A stretch of DNA of 64,000 nt, taken from contig NIVC01000068.1 in the NCBI GenBank assembly GCA_002269645.1, positions 62,001 to 126,000 of the forward strand, in the 5' to 3' direction. The position numbers were made by a program, and so were the translations under genes. The notes beneath the pieces were generated by a model. The model saw only the letters and a program-made list of their open reading frames with translations, did not search any database and was not told the origin of the DNA. Below are positions 61,768 through 64,000 of the stretch, piece by piece. Numbering within the stretch: position 1 is the first letter of the stretch; each line of letters opens with the position of its first letter. Origin of the DNA: Macrostomum lignano. Taxonomy: Eukaryota.

Positions 61768-62471
61768 GGGTTACACCGAATTCGTCAACATCTAATTCGT
61801 CAACAGACCTAAAATTTAGGAAATCGAAGGAAATCGAATTCGTCAACAGTTAAAACAAGCTGAGCGAATTCGTCAACAATAATTAAAGACAGATTTACTA
61901 AAATGTTTTTTCCTTAACGCAATAAACGTAAATTTCTGTAATTCAATGAGCAAAATATTGCCAAAGACTTCAACAAGACTTCATGAGTGCACATTCTAAA
62001 TGCTATTGTGCATACAAGACTCAAATCTAACGCTTTAATTCAAACACTTTAAGAAATAACAGCCCTTGCGGAAATTCAAATCAAACAAAGTCCCTTTCTA
62101 TTGAAACAGAAGAACTTCAATTCAGACTGTCTGTGGCCAAAATTGTCCCCGAGTAACGCGCATGCGCAGATTTGAAATTCAAAAGAAACAAAGTCACATT
62201 CTATTTCGTCAGATTAAGTATGAAGTCAGATTATAATGCGTGCAAAAATAGTTCCGGGGCTTTATTGCAATTCAACGAATTTAAAATCCGCGGGTTTTAC
62301 CAGTAAAAAAACTATTCGATTTTGTTATTTTATATGTATTATAGATATACTAGCTGGTCTGTTCAATAGCGTATTTCTCAGGTAACCGATTTCGTCAACA
62401 ATGCTTGGTAAGGTAAACCGAATTCGTCAACAGAGTTGACGAATTAGATGTTGACGAATTCGGTGGCACCC
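61768..62471. mobile_element. Non-autonomous DNA transposon, 704 bp, 8-bp target duplication ATATAAGT, GGG..CCC termini, subterminal AATTCGTCAACA repeats
   Basis: TSD at 61760-61767 and 62472-62479; TIR GGGTTACACCGAATTCGTCAACATCTAATTCGTCAAC versus reverse complement of the right end GGGTGCCACCGAATTCGTCAACATCTAATTCGTCAAC. Confidence 0.92.
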
Positions 62472-63649
62472 ATATAAGTTAGGCCCTAACTTAGGGGCGT
62501 TAGGGCCTACACTGCTTTTGCAATGGTCTTTTCAGAATTTTCATGCTAGTAAACATTCATGCTTGTTAACAATATCCCCCAGCATTGAGTTTCAGAATTC
62601 AGACTTTATCTCTAGAGTCTGGCTACTAAAGTCAAGACTAGGCCTAAAGTTGTTTATATGGAGATTTTATTTGGCCCAGCAGTGCAGTAGGGCCTAGCAG
62701 GCAGTTTTTTTCCTGAGCTAATTTTAATTTGAGGCCAATACTATAATATCATATTTGTCTATACCCCTAGGCCTAATAATAAATTTTTGCTGAGTAGGCC
62801 TGCTGCCTACATGGGATATAAGACTAGGCCCTAATAATTCCCTGAATCCTGATAAGTATTTATTCTTATACTAAAGGGTTTAGATCTTAGTTTGAGTTTG
62901 ACAATTACTTTTTAATGATAAGGCACAGATATTGTTATAGTGACCATATAATATAAATAACAAAATGGTTAAGCCTATTTTTACGGTTAATGTATAAGAC
63001 ACTATCTGGATGATTGGGCCTTAGGTCTTTACTTAATTTAATCATATAAATAGCAAAACTATTATTTTTATGGTCACTGTAGGTAGGAAGCAAAATGGCT
63101 ATTTTTATAGGCCTAGTGGAATTTTAGTGAAATTACAAATAGGCCTACAATGTAATTGTTAACAATTACCTAAAGTAAGCTATTGCAAAAAGAACCAAAG
63201 AACCAATGGTTACTACAAGTACTAGAAGTAATCATTGTGAACCTATCAATATATTTTAATTTAACCACCTTAGCTTAATATTTGCATTGCAAGTTTGTCA
63301 CTTCATTTAGAGGGTATTTGTTTTAATGTTGAGCTATAAAAATAACCATCTTGCTATTTATATAATCACCGTAACAATAGGCCTAATAATTGCCTAATGA
63401 TAAACTAGGCATCTAGTAGGCCTAGGCAATACCAATATAGGTATATATATAAAGACCCAAAGATTATGATATATATCTTGCGTGCACATGCTTGCAAAAA
63501 AGACAAGGACAGTTTATGACAGATTGTAAGGTCAGGTTAATGGCTTATAGGTCAGACTTTAGCATGGCGGTCAGCGTGGCAGTCTAGCCTTGGCCCTATT
63601 AGACACTTACACTCAGTTGGTTGATATAGCAAGGTGAGTGCCAGCGGGT

Positions 63650-63930
63650 TTTGCCCCTCTCTACCATAGCTACAAAGGCAGTGGCCAATAAGCATTATCT
63701 AGCGCTAATAGAAGGTGGCACTGAGCTGAAGTATGCAGGCTCTTGCTATCAATAGGTCCGTTGGCAACTGCTCTGGATAATGGATAGGGCCTACCAAGTG
63801 CAAATGGCAGTAGCAATTGGTAGACAGTGTCCAAGGCTTGAGACCTCAAGTCAGTCATTGGCACTACCTCTAGTCCAAATAGGAAGATTGGCTCTATGAA
63901 AGCGCGGAACAAGTGTATCTTTAGGTTGTC
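63650..63930 (-). mobile_element. Degenerate LINE C-terminal fragment (RTE-like)
   Basis: FRAFIEPIFLFGLEVVPMT..ALDTVYQLLLPFALG resembles the post-RT VLLYG.ETW region. Confidence 0.5.
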
Positions 63931-64000
63931 ATTGGCTAGGCCTATGACCTCTAGTCAGCAATGATAGAGTCAGGGCTCATCACAAGGGAGCCCAGGTACT

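Overview
Eukaryotic, repeat-rich genomic DNA with GC-rich exons, AT-rich or minisatellite-filled GT-AG introns and many degenerate transposons. The style suggests an invertebrate such as the flatworm Macrostomum; this is inference only. Genes reconstructed by hand from splice sites: NCBP3 (intronless), a Rab29/32/38-type GTPase (3 exons), a CCDC154-like coiled-coil gene (6 exons, minus), ceramide kinase (5 exons, minus), a frameshifted WSC+PAN secreted-protein gene and a divergent UFD1-like gene (2 exons). Two intronless paralogous surface-protein genes (34504-36621, 41052-43094) form a patchwork of near-identical and deeply diverged blocks; this is the most unusual signal in the window. Mobile DNA includes RTE-type LINE pieces (one with a twin-priming-like 5' inversion), RNase H-bearing I-group LINE pieces, an intron-containing Helitron remnant, a piggyBac remnant, a tRNA-derived CORE-like SINE and several MITEs. 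There are no rRNA genes or CRISPR arrays. All family assignments come from motif recognition by eye, not database searches.
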